This document shows, one piece after another, positions 1 to 12,449 of a DNA stretch of 64,000 nucleotides. The DNA comes from Eledone cirrhosa. Lineage: Eukaryota. The DNA lies in contig OZ024740.1 of the NCBI GenBank assembly GCA_964016885.1, forward strand, positions 210,428,001 to 210,492,000, given 5' to 3'. The position numbers and the translations under genes are program-made. How positions within the stretch are numbered: the first letter of the stretch is position 1; every line of letters starts with the position of its first letter. Below the pieces are notes generated by a model. That model was not told the origin of the DNA, searched no databases, and saw nothing but the letters and a program-made list of their open reading frames with translations.

Positions 1-214
1 TATCCCTTAGTAAATTAAGTTGGATTACTTTGAATAAATAAGGAATGAATATTACATAATTTATCTACTAAATTTCGTGGCTGTTCATTAAATATGTTAT
101 TACTTATTTAAAGATTCACTTCTTTAAAATTTTCAAATGTCAACTCTTCCGGTTAGTGATCGTTTAAATAAATATTCATATATTTCTGTCACTAATTTTC
201 TCCTAATGCAGTTT

Positions 215-600
215 ATATATAATATCGTCTTTTTTTAATGTATCATGGATTCCGTTACTGATTACATAAAGCACTGTAACATAGTCTTCGTTCAATTTCT
301 GTGTATATTGTCAATTACGATTTTATTTAATCATATCTACATGCATATATACTTGCGTATAATATCAATATGGACACTACACATGCTAGCAGATATATAA
401 TATCGTCTTTTTTTAATGTATCATGGATTACGTAACTGATTACATAAGAGAATGTAACACAGTTTTCGTTCAATTTCTGTGTATATTGTCAATTACGATT
501 TTATTTGATGTATCATATCTACATGCGTATATCTACATGTGTATATTGATATTATACTTGCGTATAATATCAATATACACACTACACATGGTAGTAGAAA
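215..600 (+). repeat. Diverged tandem duplication (~180-200 bp, 2 copies); each copy carries a short hydrophobic ORF (MDSVTDYIKH.. / MDYVTDYIRE..)
   Basis: ATATATAATATCGTCTTTTTTTAATGTATCATGGATT... starts at ~215 and ~393, and both copies run to CACTACACATG. Confidence 0.8.
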
Positions 601-710
601 ACCACCCGAAGGGTAGTTTTTCTGCTAGTATTATTAATAATAATTTCTTTCTTAGCCACGCAGTGCTCACATAAGAAACCACCCATGATAATAACAATTT
701 AAAAAAAAAA

Positions 711-3700
711 CCCGTGATCAAGAAATACCGGGATGGCGGCCGGCGGGGAATAGCCGTGTCTCTAGGGGAGGACAACCCCTCTAGTCTTGGTTGACACTCG
801 TCCTAAGAGTGGTAACACGAAATGATTACCCCTTGGCGGTTAAGGATAAAACGCAACAAAATAAAGTAAATGTCAAATGATAAAATCTCATACCGGATCG
901 GCCATCACCCGGGTCAAAAAGGGGCGTGTCCATCTGAGACGAACCAAACTGGGGTCGAAAAGTCAGCTAATGGTTCAAACCTTCCAATCAATTCGGAGCT
1001 GGAGACCTCCCATAACCGGAATACTCCTACTGTTGGCCCTTCATGCTCACCACCAAGAAATACAAAGAAAAAGAGAGGAAAATGGTCAAGGGAAGACGAT
1101 AAAGAAGTTCTTGGGGCTTTCTACACTGCCATGTACTACCCATCAATTAGGTCGAATACAGAACAGACATATATCAACTGGAAAAAGAAACATCCCAAAA
1201 AGAGGCTATATTGACAGTAACAAACTAGCCAATATACAAAGAAATATTGTTAAGAAAAAGTTACTAACTGATATAGAAATTGATCAGATCAAGCAATTAG
1301 CACAAAGTCAGCGAAGGGAAAATGAAACATGTGTCAATGAAAACAAAGTAAATTGTAACACTTTAAATCCCAGGGGCAGGGCGGAATCACTGACAGCAGA
1401 ACAAATTCAAGAAAAGATCGAAAAAGTGGAAGGAGTGCATGCTCAAGATAGTACTCAAAATGAAAATAATGAGATCGTAAATGATAAAGAAATGAATGAG
1501 AATGAACTCGCCAGCTTGAAGAATGAAATAAGATCGATTGGATGAAAATGAAAGAATCTGACATGGGGGAACGAGACACTCTCCCTAAGATCCAGAACTC
1601 CAAACAGAACCAAAGGATAATACACAAGACTAACATAATTCTCAAAAACATTATCATCACAAACAAACTAAGCATTACTGATCAAAATCATGTCTATTAT
1701 TTATCGGCTAAAGTCACCACTCACTTATGTGGAGTGAAAATGAAAAAACAAAGGAATTCCCACAAGAAACCTACTTGGCAAGAGAACATCAATCGCCAAA
1801 TAAACCTTCTCTGATCTGACATAGACATTTTAACAAACTACAAAGTAGGTGAACATGTTAAAAAAACTAAACTTAGAAAATTGAAAAGAAAATACAGTAT
1901 AAAATCAACAAGTGACATAGACATGCTGATAGAAACAATCAAGCAAAAAGTGTCGGCCAAAGCTGCTCGTATAAGGCGCTTTGAAAAACGATCTAGATTC
2001 TATAAGGACAATAATATGTTCAAAAACAACTAAAGAAACTTCTACAGAAAAATTGGCAAGTCAACAATAACTGCTAAATCAATACCACCCAAGGAGGAAG
2101 TGCAAGAATCCTGGGAAAAGATCTGGACCGAAGAAAAAGTTCATAATATACATGCCCCATGGTTAGACAGACAAATGAAAGATACAGCTCACCTTGAGGG
2201 ACTGACATGGGAAAATATAACAGTTGAACAGTTGCGTTTAGCTCTTAGAAAAACCAGCAAATGGAAATCCCCAGGAAAAGACAAAATACCAAATTTTGGA
2301 TAAATGCCTTCACAGAGTCTCATGAGCTGTTAGCCCAACTTTACAATGAAATAGTTAAGGAGCCAGAAAAGATACCATCATGGCTAGTTAACGGCATTAC
2401 ATTCCTAATTCCGAAGAATGATGAGACAAACAATCCCCAAAATTACAGACCACAATTACTTGACCACAATGTATAAAATTTTAACATCAGTCCTAACTGA
2501 ATATACATATGATCACCTGATAACAAATGATCTATTTCCCAATGAGCAGAAAGGGTGTAAACGAAGCTCATATGGCTGTAAAGATCAGCTTTTGTTTAAC
2601 AAAATGATACTGGAAGATTGTCAAAATAGACACAAAATCTATCAATTGCTTGGATAGATTATAAAAAAGCATTCGATAGTTTGCCACACAGTTGGATTGA
2701 AAAATGTTTAGAGATTTTCAAAATATCTCCCGTTGACAGGAGGTTCCTATCATTCAGTATGAAGACATGGAAAATGACACTCCCTTTGAAAAATATCACT
2801 GGAAGCTGGAGAAGTTAATGTTAATTGTGGAATTTTTCAGGGTGACTCTTTATCACCGCTTTTATTCTGCATCGCACTTATACCATTAAGTAAAATGCTC
2901 AATGAAACAAAACATGGATATAAAGTCTATGACAAAACCATTAATCACTTGTTCTACATGGATGACCTGAAACTATTTGCAAAAAATGATGAGCAATTGC
3001 AAGGGCTATTATCCACTGTGAAGCAGTTAAGTGATGACATTAAAATGGAGTTTGGATTAGATAAATGCGCCAAAGCCACGTTCACCAGAGGAAAGCTGCT
3101 GAAAAGTTCAGACATTAATCTTGGTTGGGGGAATGTGATAAGAGAACTTGATCAAGAGGAAACTTACAAATATCTAGGTGTTTGTGAAGGAGACGGAATC
3201 AAGCACTCGACAATGAGGGAAAGGATAAGGAAGGAATGTTACCGCAGAGTAAGAGCAATCTTAAGAACGGAATTGAATGCAAGGAACAGGATCGATGCCA
3301 TGAACACGCTGCCGTATCAGTAGTAATCTACAGTTACAATGTCATCAGCTGGTCAAACACAGAGATCCGTAGGGTCGATACAAAAATTAGAAAATTCTTA
3401 ACTATGCACAGAATGCATCACCCTAAGGCAGGTACAGATAGAATATATCACCCTAGGAAAGAAGGAGGAAGATATTGCGTTGAAAACTGCTACAATTGGA
3501 TTATCTACATATCTAAGGGAATCACATGATTGGATGATCAAACTCGTTTTGAAACACGAAAGCATCAAAAGATCATACTCCATTACAAAAGATGCACAAA
3601 GATACAGTAATGAACTACAAATTTCAGAAGTTCCATGAAATGAAAAACACTGAAATGAAAAACGCAAAAAAAGCAAAGCAGGTAAAAGTAACTGCAAAGA

Positions 3701-4206
3701 AAGAACTGCTACAGAAACTGGCTAAGAAATGGCAAGAAAAGCCTCTGTATGGAAAATACCCAGAAAGAGCTAACAATCCTGATGTTGACAAAACTTTAAC
3801 CCATCAGTGGTTGGCATCCTCTGGACTGAATTCGGAGACTGAAGGACTGATTATATCAGCACAAGATCAGTGTCTGCCAACAAAAAATTACCAAGCCAAC
3901 ATAATAAAAACTGTATGCAACCCATTATGCCGTGTATGTAAAAAACAACCAGAGACCATTGATCATATAATTTCAATGTACAGTCCTATAGCTCCAACCG
4001 AATAACTAAACAGGCATGACAGAGCTGCACAATATATACATTGGATAATGTGTAAGCATTTTGACCTGCCACATCAAAAGAATTGGTGGGAGCATCAACC
4101 ACCTCCCGTACTTGAAAAAGATCACATCTCAATCTTGTGGAACTTTACCATCCAAGCAGACCGAAAAATAGATGCAAATAGACCTGATATAATACTGAAG
4201 GACTTT
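711..4206 (+). mobile_element. Decayed R4/Dong-like non-LTR retrotransposon (RT + CCHC + restriction-like endonuclease), frameshifted and 3'-truncated
   Basis: Fragments across frames read KSPGKD, NYRP, QKGCKRSSYGCKDQLL, WIDYKKAFDSLPHSW, GIFQGDSLSPLLF, HLFYMDDLKLFAK, FGLDKC, YKYLG, ETEGLIISAQDQ, CRVCKKQPETIDHI, RHD and NRPDIILKD. Homology appears to stop at ~4206. There are multiple stops and frameshifts. Clade call is from motif recognition only. Confidence 0.85.
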
Positions 4207-4306
4207 GTCATTCCTATGGTATGAAATACGACACTCTAAAATATTTCGCATTATATTTTCATTATATCATCTCTTAATGTAATTTTCTATATTATTTATT
4301 TTACAG

Positions 4307-5206
4307 GATCATATGAAAAAATTAATGGATAACTTCAATATAGCAATCACTTCAATCAAAGAAAACATTCTCCCTTTTGAAAAAGATCTTCCAAAAAACA
4401 CCATAAACCTTTCCAAAGAAATCACAATATTGACTGCATATTTTAATATAGGAACCTTTGGAAAGGGAAGTCCTGGAAATAAGCGTGGTCCCAGCACGTA
4501 TTACAAATGGATGTCTGTATTTGCTAACATCACTAATAATTTAATTGTTTATACTGATGATGAAACTACATATAAATCATTTCAAAAGATGAGGAGCAGA
4601 TTTTCCAAAGAACAAACCAAGTTATTTCTGATTGTTAAGAAAGAATTGTGGACATTTCAGATAAAAAAAAATATTTCTGATATATTTAGTCAACCTGGTT
4701 ACCCAAAACATCATCCCAATACAGTTTGGCCAGAATACGCTTGTGCCATGCATGCAAAAATTGAGTTACTTAACCGAATTATAAGAAAGAACTATTTTCA
4801 CACGAAATACTTTATGTGGATAGATATGGGATATTTCAGATCACCCCATTATAGTTCCGAAATGAGACTTGCAATACCTAAAGATTTTAATGATTCTAGC
4901 GTTGCATATAGCCAAGTAGGTAGTTTTAATAAGAATATAACCTATAAAAATATTGTTTATAGCAATGTGGTGTGGTTGGCAGGTGGTTGTAACCTTGGCA
5001 AATATGATGTTTTGTACAAATTTACTCAAGAGTATTTAAACTTTGTTAAGAAAGCTTTGTCCTTGAAGCTTATAAGTACAGATCAGCAAATCATATATGG
5101 AATGTATGTTAACAAAGAAAAACCAAAAACACAGCTTCAACTTTATAAATCAGGTTGGTTTAAATTAGGTACTGTATGTTATGAAGCTGGGAAGAAATCA
5201 GCATAA
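4307..5206 (+). CDS. HtrL/YibB-family (glycosyltransferase-like) protein, terminal coding exon
   Basis: Intact ~300-codon ORF preceded by acceptor TATTATTTATTTTACAG|GAT (AG at 4305-4306), phase 0 with the ORF. Motifs ITILTAYFNIG, LIVYTD, YACAMHAK, FHTKYFMWIDMGY, LAGG and DQQIIY are typical of the HtrL_YibB family. Family call by recognition, not HMM. Confidence 0.75.
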   Translation, partial: DHMKKLMDNFNIAITSIKENILPFEKDLPKNTINLSKEITILTAYFNIGTFGKGSPGNKRGPSTYYKWMSVFANITNNLIVYTDDETTYKSFQKMRSRFSKEQTKLFLIVKKELWTFQIKKNISDIFSQPGYPKHHPNTVWPEYACAMHAKIELLNRIIRKNYFHTKYFMWIDMGYFRSPHYSSEMRLAIPKDFNDSSVAYSQVGSFNKNITYKNIVYSNVVWLAGGCNLGKYDVLYKFTQEYLNFVKKALSLKLISTDQQIIYGMYVNKEKPKTQLQLYKSGWFKLGTVCYEAGKKSA

Positions 5207-5611
5207 TTGATATGTACATATGTGCGTACAGTATTAAAGACTTGTATAAAAGTGTATTGATATATCATCAGCTTATTAATACATATTAACTTCCCTGTAA
5301 TTCCCTGGATCAGATGATTCTTTATGTCCTTAACATTTACTTCCTTCATTTTCAATTAAGAGAACCAACCACAAAATGAATTTAAAGGCCATCAATTCAT
5401 AAAATCACGTGTCTTTGCAGTACAATGCATAACAAAATGAAATAGTTTAATTATTGTTATATTTGGGAAGGGCCAGAAATATATAATAAAACACACTCAC
5501 TGTTTGGTTTGGGTTGGTTTTCACTTCAGTATATTTTATATTTCTAAAATTAATTTAGCTGGCAATCAATGTTTATGATTGTTTGACCAACAGTTAAAAA
5601 ATATAGATGTA

Positions 5612-6950
5612 AATATAGTCTCTCAGAGTTCTTTCGTCACACACTTGTGACATCATCTGTGATACTATTATGTTTCCTCCCGTTGTTTTGTTATAATGTT
5701 CTTATTCTATTTTGTTTATTTATTTATTGCTGCCTCTGTTTGTGCATGCGTTTGTGTGCGTGTTTTCTGTTTGATGTGTGTTCATGTGCCCGAGTCTGAG
5801 TCTCTGTGTGTTTGTATTCTATCTTTGGTCACTAGTGTGTGTTTATGTGTGGGTGTTGTTATTGTATCTGTGTATATTTATTTATATTTATCTTAGATCA
5901 CTATTTTGTGTTTGTGTATAGTTGTTGTTGTTATTCCATTCATGTTTTCTGTTCAACTTCGGTTTTCTTAGTTCTATTTCAGTTGCTTCCCTAATTTGTC
6001 TACTTGTTGAGTCATTTCTATGTTTAGATATTATTTTAATTTCTATGTTGTCTACATTACTATTAGTCTGGTGTGTTCATATAGTACCGAACTGTCTTGT
6101 TATCCTTTTAGTTCACCCCAGTGTTGGTCTATTTTCTCCCCCTATGCTATGAGCTGTGTCTCCTATGAATTTCGTTGTCATGTTTCTGCAGGCTTCATTT
6201 CTAGTTTTTAAATTTATTTGTGAATTTATTCTACATATAACACATTTTTTATTAGTACAGTGGGTTTTCTTAAAGGGGTAAGTTTTGCTGATCAGGGGCT
6301 TTATGGTAGTTCCTGGCTTTTCTACCACTTTAATCTTTAAATGGGTCTTTCTCAGGGTCTTTCTACATTGGTTAGCTAATTCCCCTTCAGTGTTTTGCAT
6401 CCACGAACATGACACTCTGGTATCTCTGGTTGTCGTACCATGAAGTGGTTTTCCCTATATTTTGTTTAGTCCTATCTAATCTATTCCATGATTTGCTCCT
6501 GTTTAATGGGCAAATCCCTTTCATGTCCATCTCTAGGAGGGTCTTATATTTCTCCGTGGCTCCTTTGTACACCCTGATTCCGTCTTTTTGGTTGGGGCCA
6601 GAGAATTGCATGTGATTGATTAAGTGTTGTACGTGTCTCTCCAGTTCAGTTGGAACGCACATGCGGGACACATACTTAATCACTCTTACCAAGTCTGCGA
6701 TCAGATATTATACTTAGCACTATTGGACATCGCTGAGTTTTTTGTGTATTATGTATTTGGAGGCCATGGGTTTAGCATAATGTGAGTGGAGGATTTGGGT
6801 TTTCTTGTCTATAGTGTTTAGCTAGAGTTCTTGTCTAATACTGGTAGTCTATTGTTTGAGTGTTTCGAAGGGTAGTCGATAGTTACTGATATTTTGGAAG
6901 AATGGGTTATCTATGCAGTAAATGATACATATGTTCATAAGTCCTCAATG
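5612..6950 (-). mobile_element. Degenerate Penelope-like element 3' part (RT thumb, linker, GIY-YIG remnant, terminal hammerhead-like motif)
   Basis: Minus-strand peptides LPVLD, HSHYAKPMAS, ADLVRVI, KIKVVEKPG..CxxxxCxxC and FIGDT (GIY-YIG YIGET-like); HHR-like motif at the 3' end. Confidence 0.7.
5616..5667 (-). ncRNA. Type I hammerhead-like motif with variant CAGAUGA core
   Basis: Reverse complement reads tca CAGATGA t gtcac-aagtgt-gtgac GAAA g aa c TC^ tga: stem II 5 bp, minimal stem III, stem I 3 bp plus a distal tagt/acta pairing. Confidence 0.55.
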
Positions 6951-7339
6951 GTCCTCATTATATTTTGAAAGAATGGGTTGTCTACGTAATAAATGATGGC
7001 AGTTGCTTTAAATGTCTTGGTACCTATTACGTACATACTACTTTTTGTTCAGATTCTGTCGAAGTCAACTTTGTTTTTCATTCTTTCGAGGTCAATAAAT
7101 AGAATTACTGTGAAGCAGGGCCAGATTCAATGGGGGAAATTGCCCCTGGCCCTCTGCAGTGGGGGACCCCACCAGCGACGGCCATAGTAATTTATTTGTG
7201 CCCTCAACCGGGTTTTTTAGTTTTAGGATGGTTAGAATATTTGAATTTAATACCTGTTTGTAGGGAAAACATTAAAAAAGGATAAAAACAAATAATGAAA
7301 AAGGGGGAAGGGGTAAAGAAGTGCAGATCTGGCTATATG

Positions 7340-7870
7340 GGAAAGTAGAGGAAAGGACTATAAATGCCATAAATGAGAAGAAAAGGAGTAAAATGGCAAA
7401 GACTATTGGGAAAGAGCAAGGACTATTTGGCCACAGAAGAAAGCGGAGAGGGTAGCAAACTCGACTCCTAGGTCGGAGTGGTGTTTCAGCTGCGCCTTGC
7501 AGACAAAATGGCAAATACATTGCCAAGTACAATGACCAGCGAAACCCGCTGCAACAGCCATCCCAACTCGCGGGGCTTATTCCTCAGACTGGCTGCTAGC
7601 ATTCCGATTTTATGGAGGAAGTCAGCTGTCCGGAGTCTGAGCACGTCTGAAATCTTGACGGCGACCGATGAAAAGAGGAAGTGGCCGGACAAGTTCCGCT
7701 ATTTGCTTATCCTCTTTTCGAATTCTCTCCTTTTCTGGAAGATATCGGCTGTGATCAGATCTGGATATGGAATGGCTAAATGGCCACACCACGCCATGTA
7801 TCACGGCAACATCCCTACGACTCCATCAGGAATCCTGGGTTCTTTTTTTCCTTTTTCTAAGATCGTAGGG
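7340..7870 (-). mobile_element. Degenerate 3' fragment of a CRE-like RLE non-LTR retrotransposon
   Basis: Minus strand reads RIPDG...FSSVAVK...TADFLHKIG...PRELGWLLQRVSLVIVLGNVFAI, resembling the C-terminal RLE tail (QRxSxxxxRGN). The downstream segment 7350-7430 recurs at ~41730-41790. Confidence 0.6.
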
Positions 7871-8249
7871 TGAATGAGTGCTTAAGAATATTTAATAACA
7901 CTCAGATACGACAACGAATGTTCCAGTTGATACGATGAACGAAACTACCTGCTCGTAAAATTAACCTGCAAGTGGCTGAGGATTCCACAGACACGCGTAT
8001 CCTTCACGTAGATCTCAGGGAGATTCAACCTAACACAGAAAGGGGCAATATGGATATATATAGCTGCTATTTCTAGCAAGTCAAGTGATACAGAAGCTTT
8101 GTCATTAGCTCCTCATAATGAAATGAATTAATGCAGTAAAAGAAAATGTGTGTGTGAACCTAAAACTACCGTAAACCTGGCAGAGCCCATTCCCATTTCA
8201 GGTTCTTCCAGAGGAGTGATAGAGAGGAAGTGGGAAAAGAGATATAGTG

Positions 8250-9062
8250 GAAGAATCGACCCAGTACATGACTGGCATTTTACTTATTGACCTCAAAAGG
8301 ATAAAAGGTAAAGTCGGTCTGCGTGGGATTTCAACCAGAACGAATACCGCATTCTATCACACGTTCTAACGCCATTCTATCAGACATTCTAACAATTTTC
8401 ATTCGATCTGACGTTTTAACCAATCTACCATTCTATCTGACGTTTTAACAATTCTACCATTCTGTCTGAAGTTCTAACTACTCTACCATTCTATTTGACG
8501 TTCTAACGACTGCTATTCTATCTGAAGTTTTAACCACTCTACCATTCTTTCTGAAGTTCTAACGATTCTTCATTCTATCTGACCTTCTAACAACTCTATC
8601 ATTCTATATGACCTTCTAACAACTCTACCATTCTATTTGATGTTCTAACGACTGCCATTCTATCTGACGTGTTAACGACTCTACCATTCTATCTGAATTT
8701 CTAACGACTCTACCATTCTATCTGACGTTCTAACCACTGTACCATTATATCTGACGTTCTAACGACTCTGCCATTCTATCTGACGTTCTAACCACTCTAC
8801 CATTATATCTGACGTTCTAACGACTCTGCCATTCTATCTGACGTGTTAACAACTCTGTCAGTCTATCTGACGTTCTAATGACTGATATGCCATCAAACAT
8901 TCTAACGACTCTGCCATTCTATCTGATGTTCTAACGACTGTCATTCTATCTGACGTGTTAACGACTCAGCCATTCTATCTGACGTTCTAACAACTCTGTG
9001 ATTCTATCCAACGTTCTAACGACTGCCATTCTATCAAACGTTGTAACGACTCTGCCAATTCA
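8250..9062 (-). repeat. SINE remnant whose 5' head is expanded into a ~28-31 bp minisatellite (CCATTCTATCTGACGTTCTAACGACTCTG, >20 copies)
   Basis: SINE body at 8250-8345 (ACTGG..TTTTA..TTGACC..AAGGATAAAAGGTAAAGTC..GGGATTT) runs into the array 8349-9060, which ends CTCTGCCAATTCAC, the reverse complement of the SINE head. Confidence 0.8.
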
Positions 9063-9227
9063 CTGTATTAAAAAGAAAATGAAAATTGAAAATTCTTATA
9101 TTTTAATGAATTACTAGGAAATATATTTTCTTGTGCAATGATATTTATATATATAAAACTGAACGTAAGTAACAAGCATGCTCCACATTCTAGTAAAGAT
9201 TACACAACGTGATCTTAATATATATAA

Positions 9228-11870
9228 GTGACTCCATCCCCGCCTCCCTCGTCATCGCCCTCCCCTCCCACATCTCCGACACCAACCACGCCCTCCGCCT
9301 TTTTGACTCCCTCACCTTCCCACCCGACCCAAACACCCTCCTCTTCACCTTAGACATTAAATCCCTCTATACTGTCATTCCCCACGCCGACGGCCTACGC
9401 GCCCTCCATCACTACCTCGACCTTCGCCCCTGCCCCGTCCCCTCCAGCACCACCCTCCTCCGCCTCGTCGAGCTGGTCCCCGCCCTTAACTGCTTCTCCT
9501 TCTCGGGTGAATTTTACCAGCAGGTAACGGGGGTAGCCATGGGCACAAGAATGGGCCCGAACTATGCCAACCTTTTCGTCGGCCATGTTGAGGACCAAAT
9601 CTTTGCCCAATACACCGGTCCCACGCCTGAACTGTACGGTCGTTATATCGACGACTGCATCGGGGCCACGGCCCTCACCCGAGAACAGCTCGACTCCTTT
9701 CTTTCCTTCTTCTACTCCTTCCACCCCTCCCTCCACTTCACCATCTCTATCTCCACCACCCACGTCCACTTCTTGGATATCTCCGTCACCATCGACCCCT
9801 CCCACCGCTCCCTCATCACCTCTGCTTTCTTTAAACCCACCTCCTCCCACTCCTACCTCGACTTCACCTCCTCCCACACATCAAACACACATCCTTACTC
9901 CCAACTGCTCCGAATCCGCCGCCTCTGCAGCCGAGATGCTGACTTTGAGACCCAGGCTCTTTCTCTGGTCAGCCATTTCACCCGGAAGGGTGCCCCCCCC
10001 CCCCCCCATCTCCCCTTCCCCTTCACCTACCACTCCACCACCCTACCCCTCCAACGAACCATACTCTTCCGACGCCTCCAGTCCAACCCCTCCACCCCAT
10101 CTCCCCCCTTCCCCCTTCAAACGCGCGCGAAACCTCCGCCACCTCCTCGTCTGTAGCCCCCCCCCACACTCCCGTTCCCCCCGGTTCCCTTCCCCGCTTC
10201 TACACCTGCCCCCACATTACCAACACCACTACCTTCCAGGGTCCTAACAGCCACTCTCTCTCTCTGTCCGGCATACCTTCCGCTGCACTTCCTCCAACCT
10301 TGTCTAAGGACTCCGCTGCACTGAGTGCGGTGCGACCTATGTCGGTCAGACCGGAGGTCGCCTGACGGGTCAGTTCATGGAACACCTCCGAAACATTCGT
10401 CTCGGTGGGAGTTCCCGCATCGCCCGCAATTTTGGCTCCGCCGGACACTCCGCACGCAACCTAACCGTCTGCGGCCTGATTGAGTGCCATGGGAGCCCCG
10501 ACGCCCGACGTAGGGCCGAACAACGCACCATCTTCTCATTTCAGACCCCCCGGCTTGAACTCCCCCACCCACCTTCATTTAGCCTTCGACCCTCCCCCCT
10601 CCCCCATACTAATACCACTAACCCCCACCAACACATCCACATTCGACCACCCCACCACTAATAATACTAAACAGCCCCCAACCCACCTTCGCCCCCACAC
10701 GCACAGACACCAGCATATATATACACTTACCCACACCTATATACACACCTATAGACACCCACCACACACCCATATTCGACCACTCCACCACTTATAATAC
10801 TAACATCCACCCTACCACACACACACGCACTCATACCCAAAACAAGCACACGCACACCAGTATATATACACTCACTCACACAATACCCAGCACCTTCTCT
10901 CTACCCCCCGCAGTACCACCACCACCTCCAAAAACACAGACACACACATCCTACTAACACCTCCACTAATATACACACAACCCCCAACACACACATACAG
11001 GCCACACCTGCCAACTACCACTCACCTGACAATTCCCACCCTCTTGACTGCTATCTCCTCTCCCTCTTTCGTTCACTTCGCCCTGCCGTCTCCAACCCTT
11101 GCCTTGACCATCTTGACCACTTCCTGTTGCGCGTGGCCCGCAACTTTCTACTTCATCCTCACCAATCCCACGGACCCTATCACTCTGATCACACATTCGG
11201 ATATCTACGAAGATTTCTACCCGGATCTTCGCCATCCTTCTACCCACATACCGGAAAATCATTCAGGAACACAAACACACATACACACACACACACACAC
11301 CATTTTCGCACACACGCAACCATACATTCCCACGCATCCACACCACACATAAACACATAAACACGTGTGTATCCTCACATACACCCTCCCCGCCTCCGGA
11401 TTCCGCATGCTCTCCCCCACCCCATTCGACCCCTATCCCCATGCACGCACACACACAGACCTACACTCCACCCCAAAGTACATAATCGTTTTCCAAAACC
11501 CAAGAATGCAACCCCACTCACTCAGACTCCCACACTTACATCCATACCTACACACACACACCACCTTCCGCCCTCCCCACTCGGACCCCTTTGTCCCTTG
11601 TCCCTTCTCTCTCTCCTTCCATCCACCCACCACCTCTACACGCCTCACATCTTTTCACCACTTGTTTTTAACTTTTATTTTCCAACTCGTGTGTTATTTT
11701 TATTTTTATTTTTTCCCCACTTCCTCCTCCTCCTCTTTCTCCTTCCCACCACTCTCCTGATGAAGGGCTTATGCCCGAAACGTCGCACCCACACCCCCCA
11801 CTCTCAATAAGCGTGAACCTAATATTTTCGTAACTTTTACTCCTGTGTTGTTTTTTTACTTTCCCATATA
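9228..11870 (+). mobile_element. C-rich Penelope-like element, 5'-truncated: RT, GIY-YIG endonuclease, C/A-rich 3' region, terminal hammerhead
   Basis: ORF 9209-10156 has TLDIKSLYTVIP, GVAMGTRMGP, RYIDDC and FLDI. Downstream reads CTECGATYVGQT..EHLRNI..EQRTIF (GIY-YIG). Ends CTGATGAAGGGCTTATGCCCGAAACGTC, then (TA)n. Confidence 0.9.
11754..11787 (+). ncRNA. Minimal type I hammerhead core at PLE end
   Basis: CTGATGA a gggc-ttat-gccc GAAAC GTC with palindromic ACGT stem III; stem I pairs poorly in this copy. Confidence 0.7.
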
Positions 11871-11874
11871 TATT

Positions 11875-12017
<143 letters not shown>

Positions 12018-12117
12018 CAGTTCCTCAGTGAAATAACAACCCAACCAGGAACTGGGCATATCAGAGTGTTGACAAAGTTATACACCTCAACAACATATGT
12101 ACTTGTCTATACCACAC

Positions 12118-12174
12118 TAATGCCTGAAGAGGTCACAGCCAAAGATGGCTGTCACCGAAATATATATAGCAGTA
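12118..12174 (+). ncRNA. Type I hammerhead ribozyme motif in a short insert between (TA)n tracts
   Basis: tgc CTGAAGA ggt(c)acagcca-aaga-tggctgt(c)acc GAAA t-atat-a TA^ gca; AATAAA follows. Confidence 0.75.
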
Positions 12175-12243
12175 ATAAACGAAGCTAAATTTTAAACATT
12201 TGACTTATTTATTTTATTTTATTTTATATATATATATTATATA

Positions 12244-12367
<124 letters not shown>

Positions 12368-12397
12368 CAGAAGAATCAAAGCTATGTTAGAACATTT

Positions 12398-12449
12398 AAT
12401 TGCTGACAATTGTTTCCTCCAAGCCTAGGCTTGGAGTCTTCGGACCATT
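12398..12449 (-). ncRNA. Type I hammerhead-like motif, CCGAAGA (U4C) core, GUC site
   Basis: Reverse complement reads CCGAAGA ctccaagc-ctag-gcttggag GAAAC-aatt-GTC^; 8-bp stem II, palindromic loop III, imperfect stem I. Confidence 0.6.

Noticed and set aside
590-630. Hairpin ending in CTAGT, resembling a Helitron 3' end or terminator
   Set aside because: No matching 5' terminus identified; a single short palindrome is insufficient.
711-870. Possible HDV-like ribozyme in the GC-rich 5' UTR of the R4/Dong-like element
   Set aside because: Hairpins are present, but I could not assign the nested P1/P1.1/P2/P3/P4 pseudoknot by eye; a descriptor search is needed.
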